Source of the DNA: a virus
Lineage: Duplodnaviria > Caudoviricetes
IMG/VR virus record: IMGVR_UViG_3300032212_000708
Coordinates: 1 to 29,759 of that record
DNA length: 29,759 bases
Direction: 5' to 3' (one strand)
Below are positions 15,744 to 24,047 of this stretch, piece by piece; the stretch's first letter is position 1, and every line of letters starts with the position of its first letter. Below the pieces are notes generated by a model, which saw only the letters and a program-made list of their open reading frames with translations, was not told the DNA's origin and made no database searches. Both the position numbers and the translations under genes were made by a program.

Positions 15744-16552
15744 GGTTCGATCCTCTGGCGCAGACGCTGATTCAGTTCATCGATGTCGGACTGGAGCGTT
15801 TTCCCGGATTTTTCCACAGGCGTCGTGGCGTATCCGGTATCTGTTTCTGTTTCTATTTCTGTATCTAGTGTATCCCTAGGGGCATGGATGGGCGTACCTA
15901 TAGGGGTATCGATAGGGGTATCGCTGGGCCAGATTTCGAGATCGCGGCATATCTGTTCGGCAATTACCGGGCCGTGATCCATGATCGACCGAATGAGGTC
16001 ATCGCGACCTTTTGCCGACACGGCGTCCTTTAGTTCACTGAGCAGGCCAAGCATGATCGACGCAGACTCAAGGTTTGTCTGCCCGGCCTTGATCGCCTTC
16101 TCGGAAGTCGGGTTCGCGACTTGCGCTTGGCCCCTTTTCAGAAGATCTCGGGCTTTCTTGTGCGCAACAGCAATGATCTCTGCGGCCACGACTCCGCGAA
16201 AGCTGGTGCCCTCCGGGAGTTTGGAGAACGATTTGACCGAACCAGAAAGATGCTTGGCCGAATTGATCGGGTTGAAGGGAAACCAGTTGCCAATACGGAC
16301 GACATTCTCGGCGTGGTCGTATTGAATTAGATCGACCTCGCACATCGCATCGAGGATGCGGCGCGCTTCGTCGTCGGATTTTTCCATGTCGGCGGATAAA
16401 TATCGGATCGGAAGCCGGTAGGTGCCAATCGAATTACCGTGAGGATTGGTGTGAACGTAGAGGTAGCCGAGACGACATGTGTCATCGGGCAGTCGCCGGA
16501 ACCGGGACGATCCCCAAATCGTAGAGACAATCATCCCGAAAACACGGCTCAT
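15740..16552 (-). CDS. Phage replication initiator protein
   Basis: Start re-called at 16552 (MSRVFGMIVSTIWGSSRFRRLPDD.CRLGYLYVHTNPHGNSIGTYRLP..YLSADM), a winged-helix replisome-organiser-type N-terminus; DTPI repeats and ETETET tract; downstream of cro. Confidence 0.7.
   Translation of the reverse strand: MSRVFGMIVSTIWGSSRFRRLPDDTCRLGYLYVHTNPHGNSIGTYRLPIRYLSADMEKSDDEARRILDAMCEVDLIQYDHAENVVRIGNWFPFNPINSAKHLSGSVKSFSKLPEGTSFRGVVAAEIIAVAHKKARDLLKRGQAQVANPTSEKAIKAGQTNLESASIMLGLLSELKDAVSAKGRDDLIRSIMDHGPVIAEQICRDLEIWPSDTPIDTPIGTPIHAPRDTLDTEIETETDTGYATTPVEKSGKTLQSDIDELNQRLRQRIEP
15837..15923. repeat. Candidate replication origin: four 12-bp tandem iteron-like repeats plus AT-rich tract
   Basis: CTAGGGGCATGG / ATGGGCGTACCT / ATAGGGGTATCG / ATAGGGGTATCG (15876-15923) next to the strand-biased tract GTATCTGTTTCTGTTTCTATTTCTGTATCT (15837-15866). 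Confidence 0.55.
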
Positions 16553-16722
16553 AACGGCGCCCGCCTGTCGAAGGCCGCTTTGTGTCCTAGCGCCGCTTGC
16601 CCCACGGTTGTCGCCCCCAATTGCCTGCAATATCGCAACCCCGGAATTCCATACTTTTCCGGTAGCTGCCAAAGTGTTAGGGTCATCAGGTCCGGCCAGA
16701 GAGAGGCCCGACCCATTGAGAT

Positions 16723-16965
16723 TTATTTGTCTATGTCTGCCATGTGCCCGATGAGCCTCGACATCACGTCCCGCGAGCGATCCTCGCGGTTTCGCAAGGC
16801 ATCCAGGGCGTATGTGTTGCCAAGAACGCGGTTGCAGACGGTCGTCGGGCTCAATCCTTTTTTCTCGCACCAAGCCTCGAATCGCTCGATGAACTCGGCT
16901 GGCGTCTCCGCTTTGTTCAAGCGCATCGCTTCGTTGGGCGGTTCTGTGAGTGGTGCATCTTTCAT
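16723..16965 (-). CDS. Cro-like regulator
   Basis: Start re-called at 16965; FIERFEAWCEKKGLSPTTVCNRVLGN HTH-like segment; divergent from the XRE repressor; 80 aa. Confidence 0.75.
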   Translation of the reverse strand: MKDAPLTEPPNEAMRLNKAETPAEFIERFEAWCEKKGLSPTTVCNRVLGNTYALDALRNREDRSRDVMSRLIGHMADIDK

Positions 16966-16972
16966 GTTCGCG

Positions 16973-17016
16973 CAGAATGGAGATTTCTCCACGCAAGTCA
17001 ACAGATTTTTATCCAC
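16973..17016. promoter_or_regulatory. Immunity-region operators and leftward promoter
   Basis: Palindrome TGGAGA-TT-TCTCCA (16978-16991), weaker CAGATTTTTATCCA (17002-17015); minus-strand -35 TTGACT at 17001-16996. Confidence 0.7.
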
Positions 17017-17037
17017 AACCCGCGGCCGGGCGTCGCT

Positions 17038-17379
17038 GTGACAACATCCCGCGACAAAACCCGGTTTCGAGAAGCATTCATTCTCCATGTTCAGGAATCC
17101 GGCAGTAAAATTGCCGACATCTCCAGAGCCACGGGCGTGAGCAAACCGCAACTCGACAAGCTACATCAGCGCGCCGTTCAATCAACAAATGTGGCTGATG
17201 CAGTCCGCATTGCACGCTTCTTCGGAAAAACCGTAGAAGAGTTCATCGGCGAACCGCCAGATATGGCGGTAGCCTCTCTTATGTCAAAGATTGAGGAGCT
17301 TTCCGAATCTGAGAGAAGATTTCTGGAAGCTCAGTTGGATGTTCTTGCAGCGAACCGCCAGAAAGATCTCGATCTTTAA
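17038..17379 (+). CDS. CI-like XRE-family HTH repressor (no S24 peptidase domain)
   Basis: GTG start at 17038; KIADISRATGVSKPQLDKLHQRAVQSTNVADAVRIARFFGKTVEEF HTH; 113 aa. Confidence 0.82.
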   Translation: MTTSRDKTRFREAFILHVQESGSKIADISRATGVSKPQLDKLHQRAVQSTNVADAVRIARFFGKTVEEFIGEPPDMAVASLMSKIEELSESERRFLEAQLDVLAANRQKDLDL

Positions 17380-17567
17380 GACGATCGGAAACCCACTTGT
17401 CCACATCCGTCATTTCGTTTGCTGTCAGACATCTCAATCCGATTTCGATTTTCTCGTAATAAGCACTCATTGATTTTCTCCGATTTCAAAGAGCGCGCAC
17501 TAAGCATGGTTCGCGTGCTGGTGTAAGCCAACCTGCCTGAATTCAACCCAGCCGTCCACCCGAACAA

Positions 17568-17617
17568 TGGAGAAATCACCACTTTTACATTGACGATGGA
17601 TTTTTCTCCACTATACC
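17568..17617 (+). promoter_or_regulatory. Rightward early promoter with two operators
   Basis: TTGACG (17590-17595) with CTATAC/TATACC -10 region (17611-17617); operators TGGAGAAATCACCA (17568-17581) and TGGATTTTTCTCCA (17597-17610, in the spacer). Confidence 0.7.
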
Positions 17618-17651
17618 TTGCGACATACCGGTACAGGAGGCCGGGTCGCAA

Positions 17652-17855
17652 ATGGATAAAATTCACAGGAAACGAACGGCAGAATTTCGCTTCCCGCCGG
17701 CCTTTGTCACCGGCGTCGAAACCACCATCAAAACAACATGCATCGTGGGTACGATCCTCGCGCTCATCTATGTCGTTGCGATTGTCGGGCCAAAAGCCGC
17801 GCGAAACCTGGCGGTCAAGATAGACCACCCCGGCACCAGCCGGCAGGGCATGTGA
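17652..17855 (+). CDS. Small membrane protein
   Basis: 67 aa, AGGAGG RBS, one hydrophobic stretch CIVGTILALIYVVAIVG. Confidence 0.65.
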   Translation: MDKIHRKRTAEFRFPPAFVTGVETTIKTTCIVGTILALIYVVAIVGPKAARNLAVKIDHPGTSRQGM

Positions 17856-18079
17856 TGGTGGCACGGATCTATACCCCGGGGCGGCAGATTTCAGACCCGC
17901 AGAAGGTTTTCGGCGCCATTCTCGCTGGCCAGCCGCTCTACTTCAATGACCGTGTGCAAGTCGCTGGCTGGAGCCAAAATTTTCGTATCGGAAATGTTGC
18001 GAAGATGGCGAAGTCCGGCCAGGTCCGCGAAGCGTTGGTGCGGTCTGAATCGTTCGCCGCGCCGGATGCGCCGGCATGA
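17855..18079 (+). CDS. Hypothetical protein
   Basis: Start re-called at 17855 (TGATG overlap; MVARIYTPGRQISDP...); 74 aa. Confidence 0.65.
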   Translation: MVARIYTPGRQISDPQKVFGAILAGQPLYFNDRVQVAGWSQNFRIGNVAKMAKSGQVREALVRSESFAAPDAPA

Positions 18080-18462
18080 TGCGGCAGCCAACGCCCCTCG
18101 CCGACCTGCTGCGCTGGCATACAGCCGCGCTCGCTGGCGAGGATGTCGACTGGAACGAGTACGAGCCACATTGTGGCTGGTATTTCCGGCGGCTGGTAAC
18201 TGGCGGACCAAAGATCCCGGTTCGCATCTGGATGTTGCAGGAAACCGACATCGATTCCGGCGAACTCACGGAACCCGAGGTTTTGCACGCCGAAAGCCTG
18301 GGCGAAGAACTCGACCCGGTGGAGATATGGTCGCGCTGCCGCCCGATCAGCCGGGACGCCTATGCAGGTCTTCTGGATACGCACAAATCCATTCCCGCGA
18401 TGAAAGACCTGCACAAACCCGTCGACCTTTCGACAACGCCAGTATCTCCCGGAGGAACCTAG
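18076..18462 (+). CDS. Conserved phage hypothetical protein
   Basis: 128 aa; EPHCGWYFRRLVTGGPKIPVRIW motif; coupled to neighbours. Confidence 0.75.
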   Translation: MMRQPTPLADLLRWHTAALAGEDVDWNEYEPHCGWYFRRLVTGGPKIPVRIWMLQETDIDSGELTEPEVLHAESLGEELDPVEIWSRCRPISRDAYAGLLDTHKSIPAMKDLHKPVDLSTTPVSPGGT

Positions 18463-19254
18463 ATGACAGACAACATTCCCGTGCCCGGTGAAGCCGCCAC
18501 GGCCATCGAAGACGCGCCAGCACCTATCGGCCACAACGAGCCGCCGGCATTCGACCCCGAAAAGGTCGAGGCATCCGAAAAACAGGCTACCGCGTTCATG
18601 GAGGCTGGCGCCAAATGGGTCGCGCTCGGAGAAATCAAGACCGAAGCTGACGCGGGCCTGCTAGTCGATTTCATCGCCGGGATCAGAGCCGCGAAATCCA
18701 AGGTCGAAAAACAGCGCAGGGCTGAAAAGAAGGTTCACGATGATCGCGGTAAAGAGGTCCAGAACGCTTTTCTACCGGTGCTGGACAAGTACGACCTGGC
18801 CGCAAGAAAGGTAATCCCTCTCCAAACCGCTTGGCTTGCAAAGATGGAAGCAAAGCGGCGTGAAGAGATCGCCAAAAAAGAAGCCGAAGCCGAGGCAGTG
18901 CGCATTGAGGCCGAGAACTCCCTGGCGCTGGCACAAGCACAGGGGAACATTGCAGCGGAAGCCGAGGCTGAAGCGGCAGTAAAAGCCGCAGATAAGGCCG
19001 ACAAGGCAGTGACGCGCCTGGCGAAGGCCCCGGTCAAGGTCGCGTCGGTAACTGGTGGCGCGCGTTCGATGTCAAACAGGGGACAGCGGAGTGCCAAGGT
19101 CATCAACCTGCGCGCGTTGTTCTTCCATTACGCCGATCATCCCGACGTCGAGGCTACGCTGGTCCGCCTGGCCAACGCCGATATCAGGGCCAAGGGCATC
19201 GACGAAACCAAAATCCCCGGAATTGAAATCGTAATAGCGGAGACGACAGTATGA
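18463..19254 (+). CDS. Coiled-coil protein of the phage recombination module
   Basis: 263 aa, GGAGG RBS; PIGHNEPP motif, long Ala/Glu/Lys coiled coil, C-terminal KIPGIEI. Confidence 0.7.
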   Translation: MTDNIPVPGEAATAIEDAPAPIGHNEPPAFDPEKVEASEKQATAFMEAGAKWVALGEIKTEADAGLLVDFIAGIRAAKSKVEKQRRAEKKVHDDRGKEVQNAFLPVLDKYDLAARKVIPLQTAWLAKMEAKRREEIAKKEAEAEAVRIEAENSLALAQAQGNIAAEAEAEAAVKAADKADKAVTRLAKAPVKVASVTGGARSMSNRGQRSAKVINLRALFFHYADHPDVEATLVRLANADIRAKGIDETKIPGIEIVIAETTV

Positions 19255-20447
19255 GCACCGAACTTCTCGACGTCGCAGGCGGCGCGGATATGAAACTGGT
19301 CAGCGCGCAGGTTGCCAAGGAAGATGTCAGCCTGAGCGTCCAGATGGCGCAGCTGGAACTCAATCAGGCCGTCGCGAACGCGCACCAGTTTCCCCGCAGC
19401 CTGACCGCGATCATTCCCAACATTACGACGCTTGCCACAACAGACGGGCAGACCGCGACCGAATGCGTCTATGCGCTAAAGCGCGGCGACAAGATCATCA
19501 AAGGCCCCAGCATTCGTTTTGCGGAAATCGTTGCGTCTCAATGGGGGCATTGTCATGTGGCCGGGCGGATTGCCGCAGTCGACCGGGTTGAAAAGGTTGT
19601 GATCGCCGAGGGCGTATTTCAGGACTATGCGACCGGCCTAAAGCGCACCGCGCAGGTTCGCCGCCGTATCCAGTATTCCAACGGCGGCATCTTCAACGAC
19701 GACATGATCAACACCACCGGCAACGCGGCTGCCGCGATTGCCATGCGTGAAGCCATCCTGAAGGGCGTTCCCAAGGGCGTCTGGAACCGGGGCTATGAGG
19801 CTTGCCTGCAAGTGATCGCGGGCAGCGCGCAGACGCTGGTCGCGCGACGCACCGAGGCGTTGAAGGTTTTCGCCGTCATGGGCGTGACCGAGGACCAGAT
19901 ATTCGCACAGCTGGGCATCGGCGGGATCGAGGAATTGGGGTTAAGCCAGTTGGGCGACCTGATCGCGATCCACAACGCAGTCAAGGGTGAGGATGGCTCG
20001 TCGATTGACGATTTCTTTCCGCCGGTCGATGCCAAACCAACCCGAAAACCGAGGAAGCCAGCGCCGAAGGTCGAGGAAACCCAACAAAAATCGGCATTGA
20101 AACCTGAACCGGAAGAAAAGCCCAAGGCGAAGCCCGAGCCGGAGAAGCAAACTCCATCCGCAAAGGAGGCGGAGCCCGAGCCGGACATTGGCCCCAAGGA
20201 GGACGGCGAACCAAAAGCCGACCCGGCTCCTGAACAACAACCGGACGAGGGCGCAGAACAAGCCGCCGGAGAAGATATCTACGACGCGGTGATGGACGAC
20301 CTGACGGACAACGCGTCCGAGGCAATGATCATGCGCTTTCATGGCGAGGCGATAACGAGCCTCAAAGAGATCAACCCGACCCTGCATTCGCGGCTCATGA
20401 AGGAAATTGCCGAAGCCGAGAACGCTAAGACCACAGGTGATCGGTGA
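19251..20447 (+). CDS. Putative DNA recombination / single-strand annealing protein
   Basis: 398 aa; conserved N-terminal domain (CVYALKRGDKIIKGPSIRFAEIVASQWG ... AAAIAMREAILKGVP) plus disordered acidic C-terminus; function inferred from context only. Confidence 0.5.
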   Translation: MSTELLDVAGGADMKLVSAQVAKEDVSLSVQMAQLELNQAVANAHQFPRSLTAIIPNITTLATTDGQTATECVYALKRGDKIIKGPSIRFAEIVASQWGHCHVAGRIAAVDRVEKVVIAEGVFQDYATGLKRTAQVRRRIQYSNGGIFNDDMINTTGNAAAAIAMREAILKGVPKGVWNRGYEACLQVIAGSAQTLVARRTEALKVFAVMGVTEDQIFAQLGIGGIEELGLSQLGDLIAIHNAVKGEDGSSIDDFFPPVDAKPTRKPRKPAPKVEETQQKSALKPEPEEKPKAKPEPEKQTPSAKEAEPEPDIGPKEDGEPKADPAPEQQPDEGAEQAAGEDIYDAVMDDLTDNASEAMIMRFHGEAITSLKEINPTLHSRLMKEIAEAENAKTTGDR

Positions 20448-20824
20448 TCCAGAGGCGATCTCTCACGAAGCGGCAACGCATCCATGTTCTCGCCGCGCAC
20501 AAGAACGTCTGCCACCTGTGCGGCGAGATCATCAATCCTGTGCGCGAGGAATGGGAGGTCGAACACCCCATAGCGCTTGGGATCGGCGGTCGGGACGATC
20601 CGTCAAACTGGCGCCCGGTACACAAGGGCTGCCACCCGGAAAAGACCCGGCTGGATCGAAAGCTGATCGCGAAATGCAATCGGATCAGGGCCAAGGCAGA
20701 TGGCACCTATCGCCAGCCAAAGCGGCTCATCGCGGGTAGCAAGAACCACCGCCTGAAATCCCTGATGAGCGGCAAAGTTATTGAGCGCTCTACCGGGCGC
20801 GTGATCAAAGAAGCGAGGCGCTAA
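20444..20824 (+). CDS. HNH endonuclease
   Basis: CHLCG...WEVEHPIALGIGGRDDPSNWRPVHKGCH.EKT. Confidence 0.88.
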   Translation: MIQRRSLTKRQRIHVLAAHKNVCHLCGEIINPVREEWEVEHPIALGIGGRDDPSNWRPVHKGCHPEKTRLDRKLIAKCNRIRAKADGTYRQPKRLIAGSKNHRLKSLMSGKVIERSTGRVIKEARR

Positions 20825-20827
20825 GCC

Positions 20828-21946
20828 ATGGAATTCTCCGCAGGACAAAACGACGCCATCGGAAAAGCCGAAGCATGGCTGGAAACCGGCGGTGAGCAGG
20901 TGTTCCGGGTATTCGGCTATGCAGGTACGGGCAAAACCACAATCGCCTTGAAACTGACCGCTGAAGTCAAAGGCCGTGTCGTCTTTGGCGCATTTACCGG
21001 CAAGGCCGCAGCGGTCATGCGCAAAGCCGGGTGCGCCAACGCAACAACACTTCACAGCCTGATCTATATCCCGAGACTGGACAAGAAGACAGGCACGATC
21101 TCCTACGAGAAGAACCTCGACGGTCCGGTTGCCGAGGCGGCGCTGGTCGTCGTTGACGAATGCTCGATGGTGGATGAATCGCTTGCCGAGGATCTTCTAT
21201 CCTTCGGCGTGCCGGTCCTGGTGCTGGGCGACCCGGCGCAGCTGCCACCGCCAAAGGGCGCGGGGTATTTCACAAACGTCGAAGACCCGGACGTAATGCT
21301 GACCGAGATCCACCGTCAGGCCGAGAACAGCGCCATCATTCACATGGCGACAAAGGTACGGCAGGGCGAAGCCCTCGACTTCGGCGATTATGGCGTCTGC
21401 AAGGTGATTTCTCGCAACTCCATCGACCGGGACAGACTCAAACTTCTGGCAACTGGCGCCGATCAGGTTCTGGTCGGAACGAACAAGACCCGCGCCGGGT
21501 ACAATGGCTCCCTTCGCGCGGCCGCAGGGAAAAGCGGCGATTATCCGGAGGTTGGCGACCGGCTCGTTTGCCGCAAGAACGACCACGCGCTGGGGATCTA
21601 CAACGGCGGCAGCTTCATCGCTGGCGAACGCCTCAAGATCAAAAAGCACAGCCGTACCTGCGTTTCATTCAATGTCACGCCGATCGATACCGACAGCGAG
21701 ATCGTGATCCCGGTTCTGTGCCGCAAGGAATGCTTTGTCGGCGGCTACGAAGATTTGCATTGGCGAGAAACCCGCGGAACCAACAAGTTCGAGTTTGGCT
21801 ATGCCCTGACGGTTCACATGTCGCAGGGCAGCCAATGGGACGACGTGTTCATCAAGGACGAGAGTTTCGTGTTTGGCGAGAACCGAAACCGGCACCTTTA
21901 TACAGCAATCACACGGGCGGCGACGCGCGTGACGGTGGTGCGTTGA
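20828..21946 (+). CDS. RecD/Dda-like SF1B DNA helicase
   Basis: Walker A GYAGTGKTT, AFTGKAA, VVDECSMV, LGDPAQLPP, LTEIHRQA, YALTVHMSQGSQW, LYTAITRA. Confidence 0.93.
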   Translation: MEFSAGQNDAIGKAEAWLETGGEQVFRVFGYAGTGKTTIALKLTAEVKGRVVFGAFTGKAAAVMRKAGCANATTLHSLIYIPRLDKKTGTISYEKNLDGPVAEAALVVVDECSMVDESLAEDLLSFGVPVLVLGDPAQLPPPKGAGYFTNVEDPDVMLTEIHRQAENSAIIHMATKVRQGEALDFGDYGVCKVISRNSIDRDRLKLLATGADQVLVGTNKTRAGYNGSLRAAAGKSGDYPEVGDRLVCRKNDHALGIYNGGSFIAGERLKIKKHSRTCVSFNVTPIDTDSEIVIPVLCRKECFVGGYEDLHWRETRGTNKFEFGYALTVHMSQGSQWDDVFIKDESFVFGENRNRHLYTAITRAATRVTVVR

Positions 21947-22800
21947 TGGGCGACCCCGAAGAAGCCATCTATGCCGAAGCTGCGGCCCACGTCGTCAAGA
22001 CCGGCAACGCCTCTACCAGTGGTCTGCAACGCGCCCTGGGCGTGGGCTACAACCGCGCCGCCCGCCTGATCGAGAGAATGGAAGAAGTCGGGGTCGTGTC
22101 TGCCTCAGACAATACCGGCAAACGCGCGGTTCTGACGGTTCACCTTACCGGGCTTGACGAGTGGTTGTCATCGGGGAAGACCGGGGCATCTGCAAAATCC
22201 ATTGTCGCCCATCTGACACAAGAATTGGAACAAGACGGCAGCTATCCAATGGATGGCGGCGATTTCGCAAGATGCGAAGGCTTGCTCGACGCCGTACCAT
22301 CGCTGCGCACACGGCTGCCTGAAATGGCGTCGGTGAATGCATACTGGAGAGGTTTGGTCGAGGCCTGGGATGCGATCAGGGCCGCAACAGACAAAACGGC
22401 TATGATCAAGGGGGTTATTGCGCCGATCCAAGAGGCAGACCCCGGCCATGTGCCGATCACTCCGAATTCCCACATGCGGGTGGGACCGATCACATTTCAG
22501 GGTAAGCCAACGCAAGCCGCTGGGCCAACAGTAGGCCGGGGCCACAACTCCGCTAACAGCGACACATCCTACCGCGTCACCGCTGACGAGCTGCGTCAGT
22601 TCATCGAGCGGTTCGAGCGGCTGGAAGTCGAGAAACGCGACATCGCCGATGCTCAGAAAGAGTTGATGGCCGAGGCCAAGGGGCGCGGATACGACACGCA
22701 GGTGATGCGCAAGGTCATCGCCCTGCGCAAACGCGACCGCGATGACATCGCCGAGGAAGAGGCGGTGCTGGAAATGTACAAGGAGGCCCTTGGCATGTGA
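21946..22800 (+). CDS. Three-domain fusion: FtsK gamma domain + uncharacterised phage domain + GapR (DUF2312/UPF0335)
   Basis: Start re-called at 21946 (TGATG overlap), 284 aa. N-terminus ASTSGLQRALGVGYNRAARLIERMEEVGVVS is the FtsK-gamma winged helix. C-terminus VTADELRQFIERFERLE.EK.DIA...AEAKGRGYD...RKVIALRKRD...EEEAVLEMYKEALGM is DUF2312. Confidence 0.88.
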   Translation: MGDPEEAIYAEAAAHVVKTGNASTSGLQRALGVGYNRAARLIERMEEVGVVSASDNTGKRAVLTVHLTGLDEWLSSGKTGASAKSIVAHLTQELEQDGSYPMDGGDFARCEGLLDAVPSLRTRLPEMASVNAYWRGLVEAWDAIRAATDKTAMIKGVIAPIQEADPGHVPITPNSHMRVGPITFQGKPTQAAGPTVGRGHNSANSDTSYRVTADELRQFIERFERLEVEKRDIADAQKELMAEAKGRGYDTQVMRKVIALRKRDRDDIAEEEAVLEMYKEALGM

Positions 22801-23004
22801 TCCGGATGCAGCGGATGACCCCAGTAGGCGGTGGGTCGCAGTACCAAAAAAACACCTACAGCCGGGCATTGGCGAGACCCTTCCCGGCCTGACATCGGCG
22901 CGGCGGCGAAAAACGGAATGAGCCGGGCACGCTGCAACACAAGACAGTCAGGCCGTCCCAACGCCAGAGATTCAGACCGGCACTCAAACGCAAGGAGGCA
23001 AGCC

Positions 23005-23169
23005 ATGCCCAAATACCGAGTCAAGGTTGTGATCCAGAACGACAAATACCTGTTCGTCAACGCTCGCAACGAGGAGCAAGCCAAGAGCGATGCGCAATAC
23101 ATCGTCGAAAGCTGGCGTTCCAAACCCGAGGTTGTCGAAGTCGAGATCGACGAGGAATTGTCGCCATGA
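23005..23169 (+). CDS. Small protein, DpnD/PcfM-like pattern
   Basis: Start 23005 with AAGGAGG RBS; MPKYRVKVVIQNDKYLFVNARNEEQAK; 54 aa. Confidence 0.6.
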   Translation: MPKYRVKVVIQNDKYLFVNARNEEQAKSDAQYIVESWRSKPEVVEVEIDEELSP

Positions 23170-23723
23170 TCCCGCCCTATCCCCTGTTGTGGCCAGAGGG
23201 CCAGACTCGCTCGCGTCCTGTGAAATCGCAGTTTCGGACGGAACTGCCCGGCGCCATGAAGAACGTCGCGAAATCCCTGACTGACTTTGGATATGACAGT
23301 GGCAAAAAGGTCGAGGACGTGCAGATCACGTCGAATGCTTCCCTGACCAGCCAGAGGCCGGATGATTGCGGCATTGCGGTCTGGTTCAAATGGGCAGGGG
23401 CTATCCGTTGCATCGCAGTTGACCGCTACGACAAGATCGCCTGCAACCTGCAAGCCGTCCATCACTGCATCGAAGCCGATCGGACCAAACTCCGGCACGG
23501 CGGCATCCATATGGTCAGCGCACAACTGCGCGCCCATGCGGCGCTGCCCGCCCCAACGCAAGGTCCAGGCTGCTGGACTGTTTTGGGCATAACGCCGGGC
23601 GCGACGGAAGACGAAATCAAAGCCGCCTACCGCCGCAAGATCCGCGAGACGGCCAACGAGGATGACCGGATGCCATTCAATGTGGCGAGGGATCAAGCCA
23701 TCAAGGAGATCACAAATGTCTGA
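23166..23723 (+). CDS. Phage J-domain-like protein (HPD motif absent)
   Basis: YPLLWPEGQTR, DCGIAVWF, CIAVDRY...NLQAVHHCIEA N-terminal domain plus C-terminal WTVLGITPGATEDEIKAAYRR DnaJ helices; no HPD. Confidence 0.8.
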   Translation: MIPPYPLLWPEGQTRSRPVKSQFRTELPGAMKNVAKSLTDFGYDSGKKVEDVQITSNASLTSQRPDDCGIAVWFKWAGAIRCIAVDRYDKIACNLQAVHHCIEADRTKLRHGGIHMVSAQLRAHAALPAPTQGPGCWTVLGITPGATEDEIKAAYRRKIRETANEDDRMPFNVARDQAIKEITNV

Positions 23724-23898
23724 GCCATCGCTCGACCGGCTCCGCGCAGCCCACGCCAAGATGGCACTGATCGTCAATGAGGATGATCAGTATGCGCCGA
23801 TCTTCCACCGCCTTGACGCGGATTTGAGGGACGCGACCGCTCGTGGCGCCGAGGATCCGGTGTCGCGCGCGCGCTTGGTGCCGATGGCCGCAAGATGA
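23716..23898 (+). CDS. Small hypothetical phage protein
   Basis: Start 23716 with AAGGAG RBS; DDQYAPIFHRLDADL; 60 aa. Confidence 0.7.
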   Translation: MSEPSLDRLRAAHAKMALIVNEDDQYAPIFHRLDADLRDATARGAEDPVSRARLVPMAAR

Positions 23899-24047
23899 CA
23901 CCTTCGCGAAACGCCGTCTTCGGCCCGATCGCCACCAAGCCCGCTTGCCTGTTGCGGGGCGTGATCGTGGGCCAGTGTCGTGTTGGGGAACATGGCGCGA
24001 GGCGGCGTTTCGCCAAGATGTTTTTGACAGAGCGGGAGGAAAACTGA
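23895..24047 (+). CDS. Small hypothetical protein (below ORF-track cutoff)
   Basis: 50 aa MTPSRNAVFGPIATKPACLLRG...; ATGA overlap upstream and TGATG overlap downstream. Confidence 0.45.
   Translation: MTPSRNAVFGPIATKPACLLRGVIVGQCRVGEHGARRRFAKMFLTEREEN

Noticed and set aside
16549-16686. 45-aa - strand ORF between cro and the initiator
   Set aside because: Has an ATGA overlap with the initiator but no RBS or recognisable motif; left uncalled.
16553-16996. 148-aa N-terminal extension of the 418-aa ORF 15740..16996
   Set aside because: Overlaps cro and the operators in another frame; the recognisable initiator domain begins at Met 16552.
17279-17470. 63-aa - strand ORF convergent on cI
   Set aside because: Overlaps the repressor 3' end by about 100 nt, no motif and weak RBS; cannot be supported.
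21568-21945. N-terminal extension of the 410-aa ORF
   Set aside because: Lies inside the helicase gene in another frame; the real start is the TGATG overlap at 21946.
6729-23399. KOPS-like GGGCAGGG octamers on the + strand (6729, 13742, 23392)
   Set aside because: A few copies per strand are expected by chance at this GC content, and the scan was not exhaustive.
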